Of a stretch of DNA of 64,000 bases, positions 15,796 to 31,857 are shown piece after piece. Positions within the stretch are counted from its first letter, which is position 1. Each line of letters begins with the position of its first letter. Location of the stretch: assembly GCF_009914755.1 (NCBI RefSeq), contig NC_060931.1, one strand, 5' to 3'. The notes below the pieces were generated by a model. That model did not search any database and was not told the DNA's origin. It saw only the letters and a program-made list of their open reading frames with translations. Both the position numbers and the translations under genes were made by a program. This DNA is from the human T2T-CHM13v2.0 reference genome, Homo sapiens.

Positions 15796-16426
15796 AGTGT
15801 CTCCACAGAAGCAGAGACCACTTCCCATCCTACCCTCATAGGGACCAGGGTTTTCCTCAAGGGAGGAAAGTACCACTTAAGGATTATATAGGAAAGCCTA
15901 TATTTGATAATGAATTGTTTTTATTTAATACATTGATAAACCCATAAATATTTTTATATTGTGTGTCCTGAGTCTGGGCAGAGGTGGAACCTCCCTAGGG
16001 CAGCCTGTGGAGGTGCCAGGGAGCAAGAATTTTTCTGCAAAGGAGCTGGGCACCCCCTTGGCACTACCTGTCTGTCAAGGCAGCTCTCACAGACTCAGCG
16101 TGCTCCTGGCATTCCCTGAGTCCCATCACCATTGATTGTTACTGCCTGTCCAGCAGCCCTCTTTCCTGCTGGAGTGTGTACCTTGTGGGCACTTGGTCTG
16201 AGCCTGATTTGCTGCTGCATCTCCAGGCTCAGCCCAGTGCCTTGCTCACAGTGGGTGCTGGACACCTATATGGAATGAATGAAGCCACTACCAGGTACAT
16301 TTCCTAGAAGGAAAGAACTATTCAAAACTAAAGGCCGTGGGCAGCTTAGGAAAGTAGGTGCATCAGTTGGGTCCCTCACTGGGTCCCTCACAGGGTCACC
16401 CGAGTGCCTGGCTGTCAGCCTTTGCA

Positions 16427-16596
16427 CAGGGGTTCTCAGTATTGGCAGTATGTTGGAATTGCCTGGAAAGCTTTAAAATATTGCTGTCTCAGAGATTCTC
16501 ATTTAATTGGACCAGGGTATAGTTCGGGCTTGGGTTTTTTTTTTTTTTTAAGTTTCCCGAGTGATTCTAATATTTAGCCAAAGTTGGAAACCATTG
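16427..16596. mobile_element. MER5 (B-like) hAT MITE
   Basis: caggggttctca...cagagattctcatttaattgg...gtgattctaat...agttggaaaccattg. Confidence 0.7.
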
Positions 16597-16689
16597 CTCT
16601 GCATCAACTTCCCTTGCACTGAGGAAAGTTTTTGTCATTTTGTTTTTATCACCTAGAACCTCAAACTCATCTGAGCCTCTTGTTCTTAG

Positions 16690-17110
<421 letters not shown>

Positions 17111-17322
17111 TAATAGATAGGGAAATGGATAAGAAAGGTAACTTTGCTCATAGATGGTAAACAGTAGAGTTGAGATTTGAACGTAGACAATCTGACTACA
17201 AAGACCCATGGCCCTAAATACCTGGTTCCACTGGGAAAGGTAGGAGGGATTTTGGGATTCTACCTCAGAGCAATGGCTACCCATTGGCCTGCCCTCCAGC
17301 TCAGCAAATTGTTCTCTGGCCT

Positions 17323-17807
17323 TGTTACAGTAGGTAGCTAGTCAGGTATGAGCAGGGCAGGAGAGACGTGTTGGGAGACCATCAGGATGGTCAGGCAGTT
17401 GTTAACTGCTTCTCAAAAGTAATAATTGGTCACAGCCGGCACCAGGGGAAGGCCGGCTCCTAATAAATAGAAAACACCTGAAGCTGGATCGCAGCTTCCC
17501 AATAAGATCGCGGAAGTATGCCAACCTATAAAACCCCAAATCAAGAGGTCAGGCTGCACACTTGATTTTTTAAGTTGCTCACATGGCCCTCTTCCAAGTT
17601 GTACTTACTTTGCTTTCTTCCTTCCCTTTTCTTACTGTTCCAAGATTTTTTAATAAACTTCCACTCCTGCTCTGAAACTTACCTCGATCTCTTCTTCTGT
17701 CTTATGCCCCTCAGTCGAATTCTTTCTTCCCAGGAGGCAAGAATTGAGGTTGCTGCAGATCCCTACAGATTCACCACCAGTAACTCAGAGCTCTTCCACC
17801 GCTCACA
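17323..17807 (+). mobile_element. ERV1 solo LTR (MER66-like)
   Basis: tgttacagtaggtagctagtcagg... with TATA (cctataaaa), AATAAA and the gaattctttcttc..ggaggcaagaattgaggttgctgcaga 3' end; TG...CA. Subfamily uncertain. Confidence 0.8.
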
Positions 17808-18050
17808 ACCTTAGTCCCTGGTGTCTGTGCCACTGCCTTGGTCACCAGTCTAGGGAAAATATTATGACCACGAGCTTTAGATGGCTATGGTTACAAACCC
17901 AGCTCCACCGCACCTGGCTGTGAGGGTTGGCTTCTTCATTTAAATGATAGCAATATTTTCCTTGCTAGAAAGAGTCACTCTGGCTGAAGGTTAGGGGGAG
18001 GAAAATCATTTCAGAATTGAGCCTCAGTCAAATCTGCATGATCTCCCTCC

Positions 18051-18387
18051 TGTCAGGGTTCTAACTGAGGTCCGAGGGGAGTCGGTGGGCAAGTGGCGGG
18101 TGGCTGGAAAGACACTTGAGGAATCGTACACAGTTTCAACATGGCTTTACTCTCCCTGGGCATAAGTGAGCCATATTTATAGTGTTAGCAGGGTAATTAT
18201 ACCTTTTACAGACAACAGTGGCTCGAGCCAAGCACGAGCTCACGTGGGTGATCATCTAATGGGCCTCACATGGCGTGGTTACATAACGTGTGGGGTTGTG
18301 TGCCTGAGCTCCAAACCCACTGAATCATGCCATGCAGGAAGGCTGCCTCCGCGTACTCCTGACTAAAGTGAAGCCATTTTTCTTACA
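18051..18387 (-). mobile_element. LTR18A-like solo LTR
   Basis: The reverse strand starts tgtaagaaaaatggcttcactttagtcaggagta; TG...CA; perfect 5-bp TSD CCTCC. Confidence 0.85.
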
Positions 18388-18859
18388 CCTCCCTTCACCC
18401 TTCTGCCAGGAGTTAGCAAATTTGAGTGGGAGGGCTCACAGGTAAATCTGGCATCCAGTAGGGGAGGTCTGATATCCTTTCTGGTTCCTCTGCTGTCCTC
18501 TGGGTCCCCTCTGTCCCCTAAAGATGGCCTTCGTCTTTGTTCACCGGACATTCATATCTTGTGAAGTTTGTGGTGCCTGTTATATTCTCAATCTTGAAGC
18601 CCCCAGGCTCAACAGCCACTCCATTCATCACAGATTGCTGGGTCTCCTTGGAGCTGTGCTCCTCTCATCTGCTCTCTCCATACCATCCTGGAATGAGATC
18701 ACAGTCTGCAAGGCTACACTTGTGCCCACTCCCTCGGACAGTTTTCTTGTCATTTTGAATCTACCTATAGGAAGCCCCAGGTGGATCAGCTCTTTCACAG
18801 GTGTTGACCACTTTGCTATGTCCTTGGAAATTCTTCAAAACACAAAGCTATGCTTTGGT

Positions 18860-18932
18860 GAAAGAAAGGAAAGGAGGGAGGGAGGGAGGGAGGGAGAAAG
18901 GGAATGAGTGAGAGGAGGAAGGAAGGAAGGAA
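18860..18932 (+). repeat. Purine-rich (GGGA)n/(GGAA)n simple repeat
   Basis: Five GGG runs with single-A spacers at 18876-18894, then GGAA repeats. Confidence 0.9.
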
Positions 18933-19627
18933 ATCCTTCCTCCCACTCTAGGATTTTCCCAAAAGTCCTGGTTTGTTTCTAACTCCTACCCCACCATCCC
19001 CCGAGGATTTCCTTTGTGAAATTGAGAGGAAGGACTAAGAAACCCACCTTGGATTTCTTGCGCTTTACTTCCTTTCTGTCCTTCTCAGCCACCACCTAGC
19101 CCCATGGCACCTATTCTCACCCCCTATTCACTCACCTGCCTCACCCCCATGTATTCTCTTTTTACAATAGGAGAGGAAGTCAAAAAACTCCTCTACATCA
19201 TAATCTTCCACTTTCTGAGTGTCATCTTCCTCCTTTGTCCCAGGAAAGAAGGGAAAACTATCAAGAGTATTTCCAAAATTAATACCCCAGTTGCAGAGGT
19301 TACTTTTGTATGATCCCACATGGATAGAATATGAATCAGCATGTAGAGATTATAGGGAGAAAAACATGTGGTTCAATAGAAGATGTGATTTTTAATAGAT
19401 CTGGCCAGAAGGTAAATGGTTATATAGGTAGGTGGGTGACTATGAATGAGGCAGTCAGGCCATGCCTAGTCAACCCCTGAGCAGACTGAGTGTAGATTCA
19501 CCCATTGGATAGCTCAATCAAGGTCTCATAACTAAATCATATAACCGATTTAGTTATAAGAGACCTTGGAGGACATTTATGCCAACCATTTATAACTAAA
19601 TCGACTATGAGCAACAAGACTCTAGGG

Positions 19628-19912
19628 CACAGGCATTCAGCCCTGGCTGCACAGTAGCCACCCCAAGAGCTTCTAACTCAGTCTGGACATCATTTTCTTG
19701 TAACTTTTCAGATAATTCTGATACGTGGTCAAGGTTGAGAACCAGTGATCTAGGACAGTGGTTCCTAAATTTTAATGTTTTGAATCAGGTGTGTATCTTG
19801 TTAAATGCAGGTTTTGATTCAGAAGGTCTGGAGTGGGTCCTGAGTTTTCCATTTACCCCAAGCTCCCAGGTGATGCTGATGCTGTGATAAACCACACTTT
19901 GAGTAAATAGGT
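19628..19912. mobile_element. Two adjacent MER5-type hAT MITEs
   Basis: ...aaggttgagaaccagtg followed by cagtggttcctaaa...gattcagaaggtctgg...ctcccaggtgatgctgatgctg...accacactttgagta. Confidence 0.7.
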
Positions 19913-20923
19913 TCTAGGAGAAGATAATCAGACAGCATGTATGTTTTCAGGTCTAGTAACTTTCTAGCTATATGGGGGCATAAAAGGAAAGTGAGACCTA
20001 ATTCCGTATTTATGCTTGGTACAACCTAGAGCAAGTAGGGTCAAGCCAAGTGTGCTTGGAACCGAGGATTGGTGACTGAGGAAAACAGAAAGAGGCAAGA
20101 GACTGGACAAGGGCAGCAATCATAAGGCTGGTCTGATTCCTCCCAATAGCATGACAGTTGTCTGGCCAACAGTTCCTGAGAAACCAGAACACATACTTGT
20201 TGATATGTATCTTTTTTTTTTTGCTCCCTTTATTATTCCCAGCCACAGCTATTACACATTTTTGTCATATTCTCCTCTCAGCCTTTTTTGTCTACTCTTG
20301 TATTCTCCACTCACTTTCCAGCAGATGGCCTTCTCTCCTCATCCAGAGAACATGCCCAGCAGCTTATAACACTCAGCTTTTTACATCATATAAACCTAGC
20401 TTCATCCACAGGCATCCTTCCTCAATACCTTCTTTAGTGAAACACAAGGCCCTTTCTTCTGCCCAAGGCTCATCTCTGCCTTGTCCTCTGGGACTGTCCG
20501 TTAAAACATTGTTGACAACTCTAGTTTATTACAACCAACATTTTCATCTTTTGTTTTGATTTTGTATGGTCTATATTAGGTTATTTTTCTAAGTAGTATT
20601 TAAATAGTAATAAATAATATTTGGTATTTAGTTCACATTTTTATTATTATTATAAGTGGAGTAAGGAAAGTTTTATTTAAATTATGTGCATGCACGTGTA
20701 TAATGAGTCATGCTGTAAAATGCATTTCTTACCACAGGTTGCTAAGAGTTTGCAAAACATCTTGCTAAAGCCCATCTCCTTCGTATCTTGCCCCATCTAT
20801 TGTGCTTTATCTGTCCTCTATGTTCTTTTCTCTTAAGCATAAAAACACATTCAGTTTTCCCTCACTTTGAAGAGAATAGCTTTCCTCAACCCTGCATTTT
20901 TTTCTATATAACATCTACACTAC

Positions 20924-21315
20924 TGTATTAGTTTCCCAAGGATGCCATAACAATGTGCCACAAACTGGGTGGCCTAAACAACAGAGATTTATTGTCATAC
21001 AGTCCTGGAGGCTAGAAGTCCAAAATCCAGGTGTCAGCAGGGTGAGTTCTTTCTGCAAGTTCTGAGGCAGAGCCTGTTCCAGCCCTCTCCCTTTGGCTTG
21101 TAGATGGCCATCTTCACTTCCATGTGGTGTTCTCCCTGAATGCGCTTCAGTGTCTCAATTTCCCTTTTTATAAGGATGCAAGTCATGTTGGATGACCTCA
21201 TCTTAACTAATGATATCTGCATTGACCCCATTTCAAAATAAGATCACATTCTGAGGTGCTGGGGGTTAGGACTTCAACATATGACTTTTTGGGGGACACA
21301 ATTCAACCCATAACA
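20924..21315 (-). mobile_element. MLT1B-like MaLR LTR
   Basis: tgtattagtttccc...cacaaactgggtggcctaaacaacag...gggggacacaattcaacccataaca, about 390 bp. Confidence 0.9.
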
Positions 21316-21412
21316 ATGATCTTCTCTGAGTCAAGTCAACATTTGTACCCTTATGTACTTTATTAATATTGTGATTTAAAAGAGTTGATACTCTTTCCAG
21401 TGAAACTCTCTT

Positions 21413-23608
<2,196 letters not shown>

Positions 23609-25507
23609 TGAAACTCTCTTATTTGGCATTGATGACCCAAACGTCCCTGGTGTCTACCTTGGCCTTCCTCTCTTTTCACCATTGCTTTTTGTAGAATCTC
23701 ACCTATGGTCAGGGTTTCAGTTGCCACCCATAAACTGATGACTCTCAAATTGATCCCTAGTTCAGAATTGCTCCAGAGATACTCATCATCTTAAAGACAA
23801 CTGACAGTTATAGGCATAAGCCTAACTTAGGGCATAATCTTGAACAATACAAAATAATAAATCATGAGGCCTGAACTCATGTGATAAAGTCAAATGGTTT
23901 TCTGGCCTTGTCACCTAACAAGGATGAAGATAACACTGATTTTTCAAAATAGTCATTAACTTTCCACTAAAATTGATTGCTTAAATTCTGTGTCTTGTTT
24001 TGGGTATAGATGACAACTATAAGTAAGCAAAAATCCTTCATCAAACTTCATCTAGAAATGTAGTCACCTCTTCACCTGATGTGAGAATGGATGGAGGAAA
24101 ATTCTGAAGGAATAGAATCAGCTGGAACAATTACATGTCCTCGATGCAAAATCCCACACTCCTACCCTAAGCATAACCCTCTTAGACAGCTACCATGCCA
24201 CTGTAGGATGCTAAGGCCAATTACCGGTTCCCCATCACCCAGCACATATTTTGGCATTACAGTCTTGTGGGGGCTTCTTACATTCAATAAATGTTCAACA
24301 GAACTTGGTTATAAAAATACTGTCTATAAGCAACATCCTTGAATTCATCAAGGAGTTGTCTGGATGATCCTTAAAGTAAGTCACTTTCTCAGACAGAGAC
24401 ATGCTCTGTGATAGTAGCATTGTCTGTTTCTTAGTTTTTGTTTTTTAGTTTTTTAATGCTCATCTTAGTTGTCATTTGTCTTGATTATGTATACATTTAC
24501 ATATATATATTCTGTCCCATCCATTTATAATTTAATTTTTGTTTTATTTTAATATATATTTTTGTCTTGATTATTTATATATGTACATATACATATATTT
24601 ATATCCATTTATAATTTAATTTTACTAGTGCTGATGCTTGATTTGCAACTAGGATAATGATTAAATGTCATTAATGCACTGTTTATCCCATGAAGCATAT
24701 TTACAAACCTAGGTCACGTAAGAGTCCTAACCTAAACCTCAGCCTCCTCTGAGCTGTCCCTCACTGTTCAGTGTGTTGCTATTGAACTGCCCTGTTATGG
24801 GTTTAATATGTTAATCAATATACTTTTTCTTATATAATTTATAAGAACTAATTTGGGAGAGGCTTTTTCAGATAATTTTTAATATAGGTATCTAGTGATT
24901 TTTCTTGTTCATTAGGTTTGTGAATCTACAGATATAAGGTTATGATGTTTCAGAAGTAATTTTCAAACCCTGCTGTGTTCTTAATAAGTCCCTTACATTT
25001 TCTCAGTGTCAAAAGTCATAGATTTTAAAGTAGTGTGTTACGCTCAATGCATTTTCTTCCTCTCACTGTCAGCATTTGAAATAGTCAGATTCCCATGACA
25101 ACTGAACCCCACAGGGTCCCCACTGGCCGCTCATGACTTACTGGAAGACTAAAAACCCAGCTGAGACTGGTTGCAGGGTTTCAAGCTTCAGCTAAGGCCC
25201 CTCACCATAATCCAAGAACATTTCCAGTGGGAAAGAAGACATACGCCTGGGTTAAACCTGTCAGTACTCCTTGCCTCTTCCCCATACATGAAATTCCTTA
25301 ATGGTACTCCCTCTCTGAACTAATCAAGGGCAAGGCTTCAAATGAGAAGCAGACCAGCTCCTTATGACAAACATCTTGGGGCCCCTTAGATTAATGTATA
25401 ATGCAAATAGGCTGACTATGCCTTTGGCAAAGGTAGACGATGAATTTATGTCCATGGTGTTTACATTGCCACTAACTAGGATTCTAAAGTTTTTCTCAAG
25501 GATTCAA

Positions 25508-25630
25508 TAGCTCATATCCATAATCCCAGCTGGAAGGCTGAGGTAAGAGGATCACTTGAGGTCAGGAGTCTGACACCAGCCTGTGCAAACAAAGTGAGTC
25601 CCTGTCTCTACAAAAAAAAAAAAAAAAAAA
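25508..25630 (+). mobile_element. FLAM-like Alu monomer
   Basis: Single left-type monomer with polyA; TSD aaggattcaa. Confidence 0.85.
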
Positions 25631-25949
25631 AGGATTCAACCTAGGATGTCTGTTTTTTCTAAGGAACACAGTATCGACAATACACTGATTAACCTGGCCT
25701 TACCAAAACTGTACTCATGATATAACGCTGTAAAGTAGGGTTTGGTTCTGAATCCTGGCTCCACATCTTACTTAGCTAAGCCTTAGACCTTACCAGACTT
25801 CAACTTCCTCATTCATTAAAAGGAAGCATAGTATATCTTTTGCAGGGCAGTTGAAAATGTAGCAGAATTTTTCAAAGTGAAAAATTTAAATTTGGTGTCC
25901 TTTACCCCTATTTTTGCCTTTTCTTTGTTTTACTTTAAAAACAATTAAT

Positions 25950-26220
<271 letters not shown>

Positions 26221-26289
26221 TCAGTGATACTGACTCATGGAGGAGGTTACATAGGATCTAGAGCACAGAATCATTGCTAGGTTTGACGT

Positions 26290-29200
26290 GTTTGTTTTTG
26301 AGGTACAAAAAAATCCATGTGAGGGAATGCATAAATTGCATAAATCTGAAGTGTATAGCTCAACTGAATTTTCATATACACCAGTGTAACCACTACTCAG
26401 ATCAAGATATACAATATTTTCATCACTCCAAAGAGCTCTATCATACCCCCTTTCAGTTAGCAATGCCACCACTACCACCACACTTTGAGGTAACCGCTAT
26501 TATGATGACCATGGATTGATTAGTTTTTCCTGTTTCTGGCCTACTTCACTCAACATGTCTGTGAGATTTATACATGTTGTTGTATTGGTTTTCATTACAA
26601 GAACACGCATTTTTTAAATTTATTCTATTGATCAATATTTGGTTGTTTCCAGTTCGTGCCACTGTGAAATATTCTTGCACACATCTTTTGGTAGGCAAAA
26701 ACACTCATAACTTTTAAGCATAACCCAGGACTGAAATTGCTGGATCAGGAGGTAGGCATAAGTTCATCTTTCAAGGAAACTGCCAGTTTCCTAAAATAGC
26801 TTACTACATTCCCATCAGCATGTATGGGAGTTGCAACTGCTGCACTCAATTTGGCATTTGAATTTTTGCTATTCTGGAGAGTGTGTAGTGTTATCTCACT
26901 GTGGTTTTGATTTGCCTTTTCTTGATGAATAATAATGTTGGGCATCTTTTCATATGTTAATTATCCATTCAGAAATTCTTTTGTATGATGAGTCTCTTAA
27001 AGTTCTTGGCCATTTTAAAAATTGGGCTGACTTTTTGTTATTAATTATAGGCATTAAGTATTCTGGATAGTAGGTCTTCGTCAGATATATGTAATGCAAA
27101 GATTATCTCCCAGTGTATGGCTTGCTTTTTCACTCTCTTAATATCTTGGATAAATAGTATTTCCTAAGTTTAATTTTGTCCAATTTATCATTCCTTTCCT
27201 TTATAGTTAGTACTTGTGGAAAGAAAATTTTATCTACATCAAGATCATAAAGATACTTTCTCTCATTTCTTCCCCTAGAATTTTTACCTTCTCGTTTAAC
27301 TCTAAAATAATCTAGAGTTATTTTTTTTGTATATGGTATGAGAGAGGTGTCAGGATTTGCTCGAGTTCTTTATTGAAAGATCATTCTTTCCCCATTAAAT
27401 TGCATTAGTGCCTATGTAATCAATCCAGTGGTTGTAAATGTGTAGACTTATTACTGGACTCTATTTCATTCCATTAATCTATATGTCTACCCTTACATTA
27501 GTACTACACCATCTAGATTACTATAGCTTTATAATAAGCTCTGAAATTTGGCAGTGTCAGTCTTCCAATTTTGTTTTCAAAATTGTTTTGTCAATTTTAG
27601 TTCCTTTACTTTCCACACAAATTATCAAATCAGCTTGTCAATTTCCATAAAAAACCTATTGGGATTCTCAGTGGGATGGCATTGATAAGATAAATCAGTT
27701 TGGTAATAGTTAACATAAAAATATTGAGTCTTTCAATCCATAAACACTCATTTAAGTCTTTAAAAATATCTGTCAGAAATATTTTGTAATTTTTTTCAGT
27801 GTAAAGGTATTGCATATCTTTAAATACCTCTATTTATTTTTATGATCCAATAAATTAATACTTTTATTTTCCAACTGTTGCTACTATATGGACACACAAT
27901 ATTGGTTCTTGTATTTTGTTTGTATATTCTTTTGGATTTTCTACATACACAAAGATAACTTTACTCATTTCTAATATTTCTGCCCTTCATTTATTTTTCT
28001 TTCCTTATTGTGCAATGTCGGTATTACTTTTTCCTTAAGTGTTTAGTAGAATATGCTAGTGAAGCCGTCTAATCTTGGAATGTACTTTGTTGGAGGAACT
28101 ATTTATGAAATTGATTTGTTCAACAGATATTGGAGTGATTGTATTTTTTTTCTTATTTATTCTTGTGCCAGTTTTGGAAAGTGATTTTTAAAGAGTTTGT
28201 TCAGTTCATCTAAGTTGCCAAATTTCTTGGCATTTTTAATGATATGCTCTTCTTTTTAAGGTATGTGGAGTCTATAGTATTGTCCCATTTTCATTTCTAA
28301 TATTACTGATTTGTGTTTCTTCTCTTTTCTCTTCATTACTTTGCTAGACATTTATCAATTTTCTTATTTTTTTCAAAGACTCCCTTTGGCTTCTATTGAT
28401 TTTTCCCTATTTCCCATTTGTTTTCTATTTTATTTATTTCTACTTTTTATTTTGTCATTCTACTTATTTGGCTTAAATCACTGTTCTTTGCCAGGTTCTT
28501 GAAATGAAAGTTTAGATCACTGATTGAAAATCTTCTTTTTAATTGTAGATATTTAAAGATCTAAATTTTTCTCTAAGCACTACTTTAGCCAAATCTCTTG
28601 AATTTTATGTTGTATTTTAATTAAAGTTTAAAGTATTTTCTAATTTCCATTGCGATTTCTTTTTTTGACCTATAGATTACTTAGAAGGTTTTGATTACAC
28701 GACTGGGGGTTGCTAGTTATCTATTATTGCTTCCTAGTTTAATCCTGCAGCAGGCAGAGAATATACATCATATAATTTCAATACTTTAAAATTTGTGAGA
28801 CTTACTGTGTTCTATTTTGGTCAATATTCGCTGTGCACTTGAAAGGAGTGTGCATTGTGCAACTGTTGAATATAATGTCCTATAAACTTTAGTTAGGTCA
28901 GGTTATGTGTTGTTATGTGTTGGTTATGTGTTGAATATAATGTCCTATAAGCTTCAGTTAGGTCAGGTTATGTGTTGCTTAAATCTTTTGTACCTTTACT
29001 GATTTGTGTGAGAGAGTGTGTGTGTGTGTGTGTGTCTGTGTTTGCACGCGCACATGTGCGTGCGTGCTTGTGCTTGTTTTATTACTTGCTGAGAGGATAC
29101 TACAAACTCAAACAATTATTGTAGATTTAGAATTACCTTACTTATTCATTATATTGTGTCCCTTTTTCATTGCTTGGCTTAAAGCAAGTCTACTTTGATA

Positions 29201-30900
29201 TTAGTAAAGCCAGACTATCTTTTTATTTGGTTAGTGTTTCCGTGATCTATCTCTTTCCAACATTTCACTTTCTGTTTATCTGTGCCTTTATATTTAAACG
29301 GTGTTCCTTGGAATCAGCATATCATTGTTTGCTCTTTCTTTAAAAATCTAGTTGTATGAGAAAAAATTTACATACAATACAATTCATCTGTTTTAGATGC
29401 ACAGTTCTTTGAATTTTGACAAATGCACAGTCACTTAATTTCCACCACAGTTAAGATACAGAACATCTCAATCCCCACAAAAAAGTTCCCTAGTGACTCT
29501 GCAATCCAATCTTCCATCCCTAGGACTTGGCAACAGCTGATCTGTGTTCTTTCCTACAGCTTTGCCTTTTCCAAAGTGTCACAAAATGGAATAATACAGC
29601 ACAAATCTGGCTTTTTTACACTTAGCATAATGCATTTTAGTTTTATCCATGTATTGGTAGTTTGTTCTTTTTTTGCTTAGTAATATTCCATTGTATGAAT
29701 GTCCCACAGTTTCTGTTTACCGGCTGATGGGTCATTTCCAGATTTTTGCTATTATGGTTTAAAAACACTATAAACATTGAAGTGCAGTTTTTGTTTCATT
29801 TTGTTTTGATCTCTCTTAAATAAACCTTAAAGTAGAATTGCTGAGTTGTATGGTAAGTTGTATGTTCAACTTTTTAAGAAACTGGTCAACTCTTCTCTAA
29901 AATGGCTGTGCCATTTGGCATCCCTGCCGACATCAACATTCAGAGAGTTCTAGTTGCTCTGCATCCTTGTCAGAACTTGATATTGTCAGTTTGTTGTTTG
30001 TTTCCTTTCTTTAGCCATTCTAATAGGTATGCAATGGTATCTCACTGTGGTTTTAATTTGCATTTTCATATTGATTAATGACGTTGAGTATTTTTCATGT
30101 GTTTATCTGCCATCTTTATATTTTCTTTGATAAGGTATCTGTAGAATTATTTTCTCAAAAATTTAATGGGTTATTATTATTGAATTGTGTGAGTTCTTTA
30201 CATATTCTGGACACCAGACCTATGTATTTTGTCAATATGTTGTTCCAGTCTGTGGCTTGTCTTTTAACAGCATCTTTTGAAGAAGAAAAAAATATAATTT
30301 TGATGAAGAACGACTTATCAGTTTTTTATATGGTTTGTGCTTTTTGTGCCTGATAAGGAATTGGTTCTTTTCACTTAAATTATCAAATTTATGAGTATAG
30401 AATTGTCTATAATCTTCCCTTTTATCCTTTTAGTGTCTGTGGGGTCAGTGGTTATGCCCTTTCTATCATCCCTGATATTGGTAATTTGTGTCTTTTTTCT
30501 TGGTTAGCCTGACTAGAGATTTATCAATTTTATTGATCTTTTTGAATAACCAGTTTTTGGTTTTATTGATTTTCTTTTTGTTTTAATTTCATTAATTTCT
30601 ACTTGAATGTTATTTCCTTCCTCCTACTTGTTTTGAATTTATTTTGCTCATCTTTCTCTAGTTCTTAAGGGAGAAACTTGAGTTTAGACTTTTCTCTTTT
30701 CTTAATATTTGCATTTAATATTATAAACTTCCCACTAAGCATTGGTTTAGTAGCTTCTCACAAATTTTAATATGTTCCATTTTCATTTTCATTTAGTTCA
30801 AAGTACTTTTAAATTTTTCTTGAAGCAATCTCTTTGGTCAATGGGCTATTTAGAAGCGTATTGTCTAATTTCCAAATATTTGGTAGTTATCCAAATCTAC
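26290..30900 (-). mobile_element. Cluster of nested old L1M fragments
   Basis: Continuous T-rich antisense L1 3' UTR/ORF2-like text with several 3' ends (about 26300 and about 29350). Internal boundaries not resolved. Confidence 0.8.
29016..29067 (+). repeat. (GT)n microsatellite plus mixed alternating purine-pyrimidine tract
   Basis: gtgtgtgtgt...tgcacgcgcacatgtgcgtgcgtgc. Confidence 0.9.
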
Positions 30901-31488
30901 CAAACATTTTTTCGCTAAATTCTTACCAGATTATATGACACCCAGTGCTGCCCCAGGTAAGTAAATGCTCATATCCTATCTTTCTTTGATTTCCAGTCAT
31001 CCATCTTGCCTTAGATTTCTAGCCATTTGATTTTACTGTATTAATCATTAGATAGGCCTGTCAGTCTCACTCTGTTCAGCCTCCTGAATGTCATTGATCA
31101 CAATGGGCATGAAGAAAGAGAATCAGTGCAAATCAGTCCAACATCTGGAGCCATAACTTGAAGCACATACTCTGCTGAGTGTGATCTATGATGAATTCAT
31201 CATGATTATGGCAAAATCTCACAAAATATAGATATTTTCAGGAAAAAAAAATGTTAAGAACTAATAACCAAATATTCTATACTTAGATCTACTTAGAGGG
31301 AACCTTTACACTTAATGGATAAATTCAGCATATTTTTTATACTTCAGAAATGATAAAGTCAATGCTTGGTAATAAGAACCACTTTAAAACAATAAGCTTT
31401 TGGAATTTAATTAGCACATTTAATCTGCAAGTGAAGTATTGTGAAGTCATTTTGGCTGGGCTGGGCATGTATATATTGACATAACTAA

Positions 31489-31857
<369 letters not shown>

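Noticed and set aside
16369-16402. Short 12-bp tandem gggtccctcac(t/a) x about 2.7, and a similar small duplication at about 63664-63697
   Set aside because: Ordinary micro-duplications with no evidence of function.
30954-30962. Consensus donor CAG|GTAAGT (another at about 7017-7025)
   Set aside because: Isolated 9-mers with no convincing paired acceptor or coding frame; expected by chance in 64 kb.
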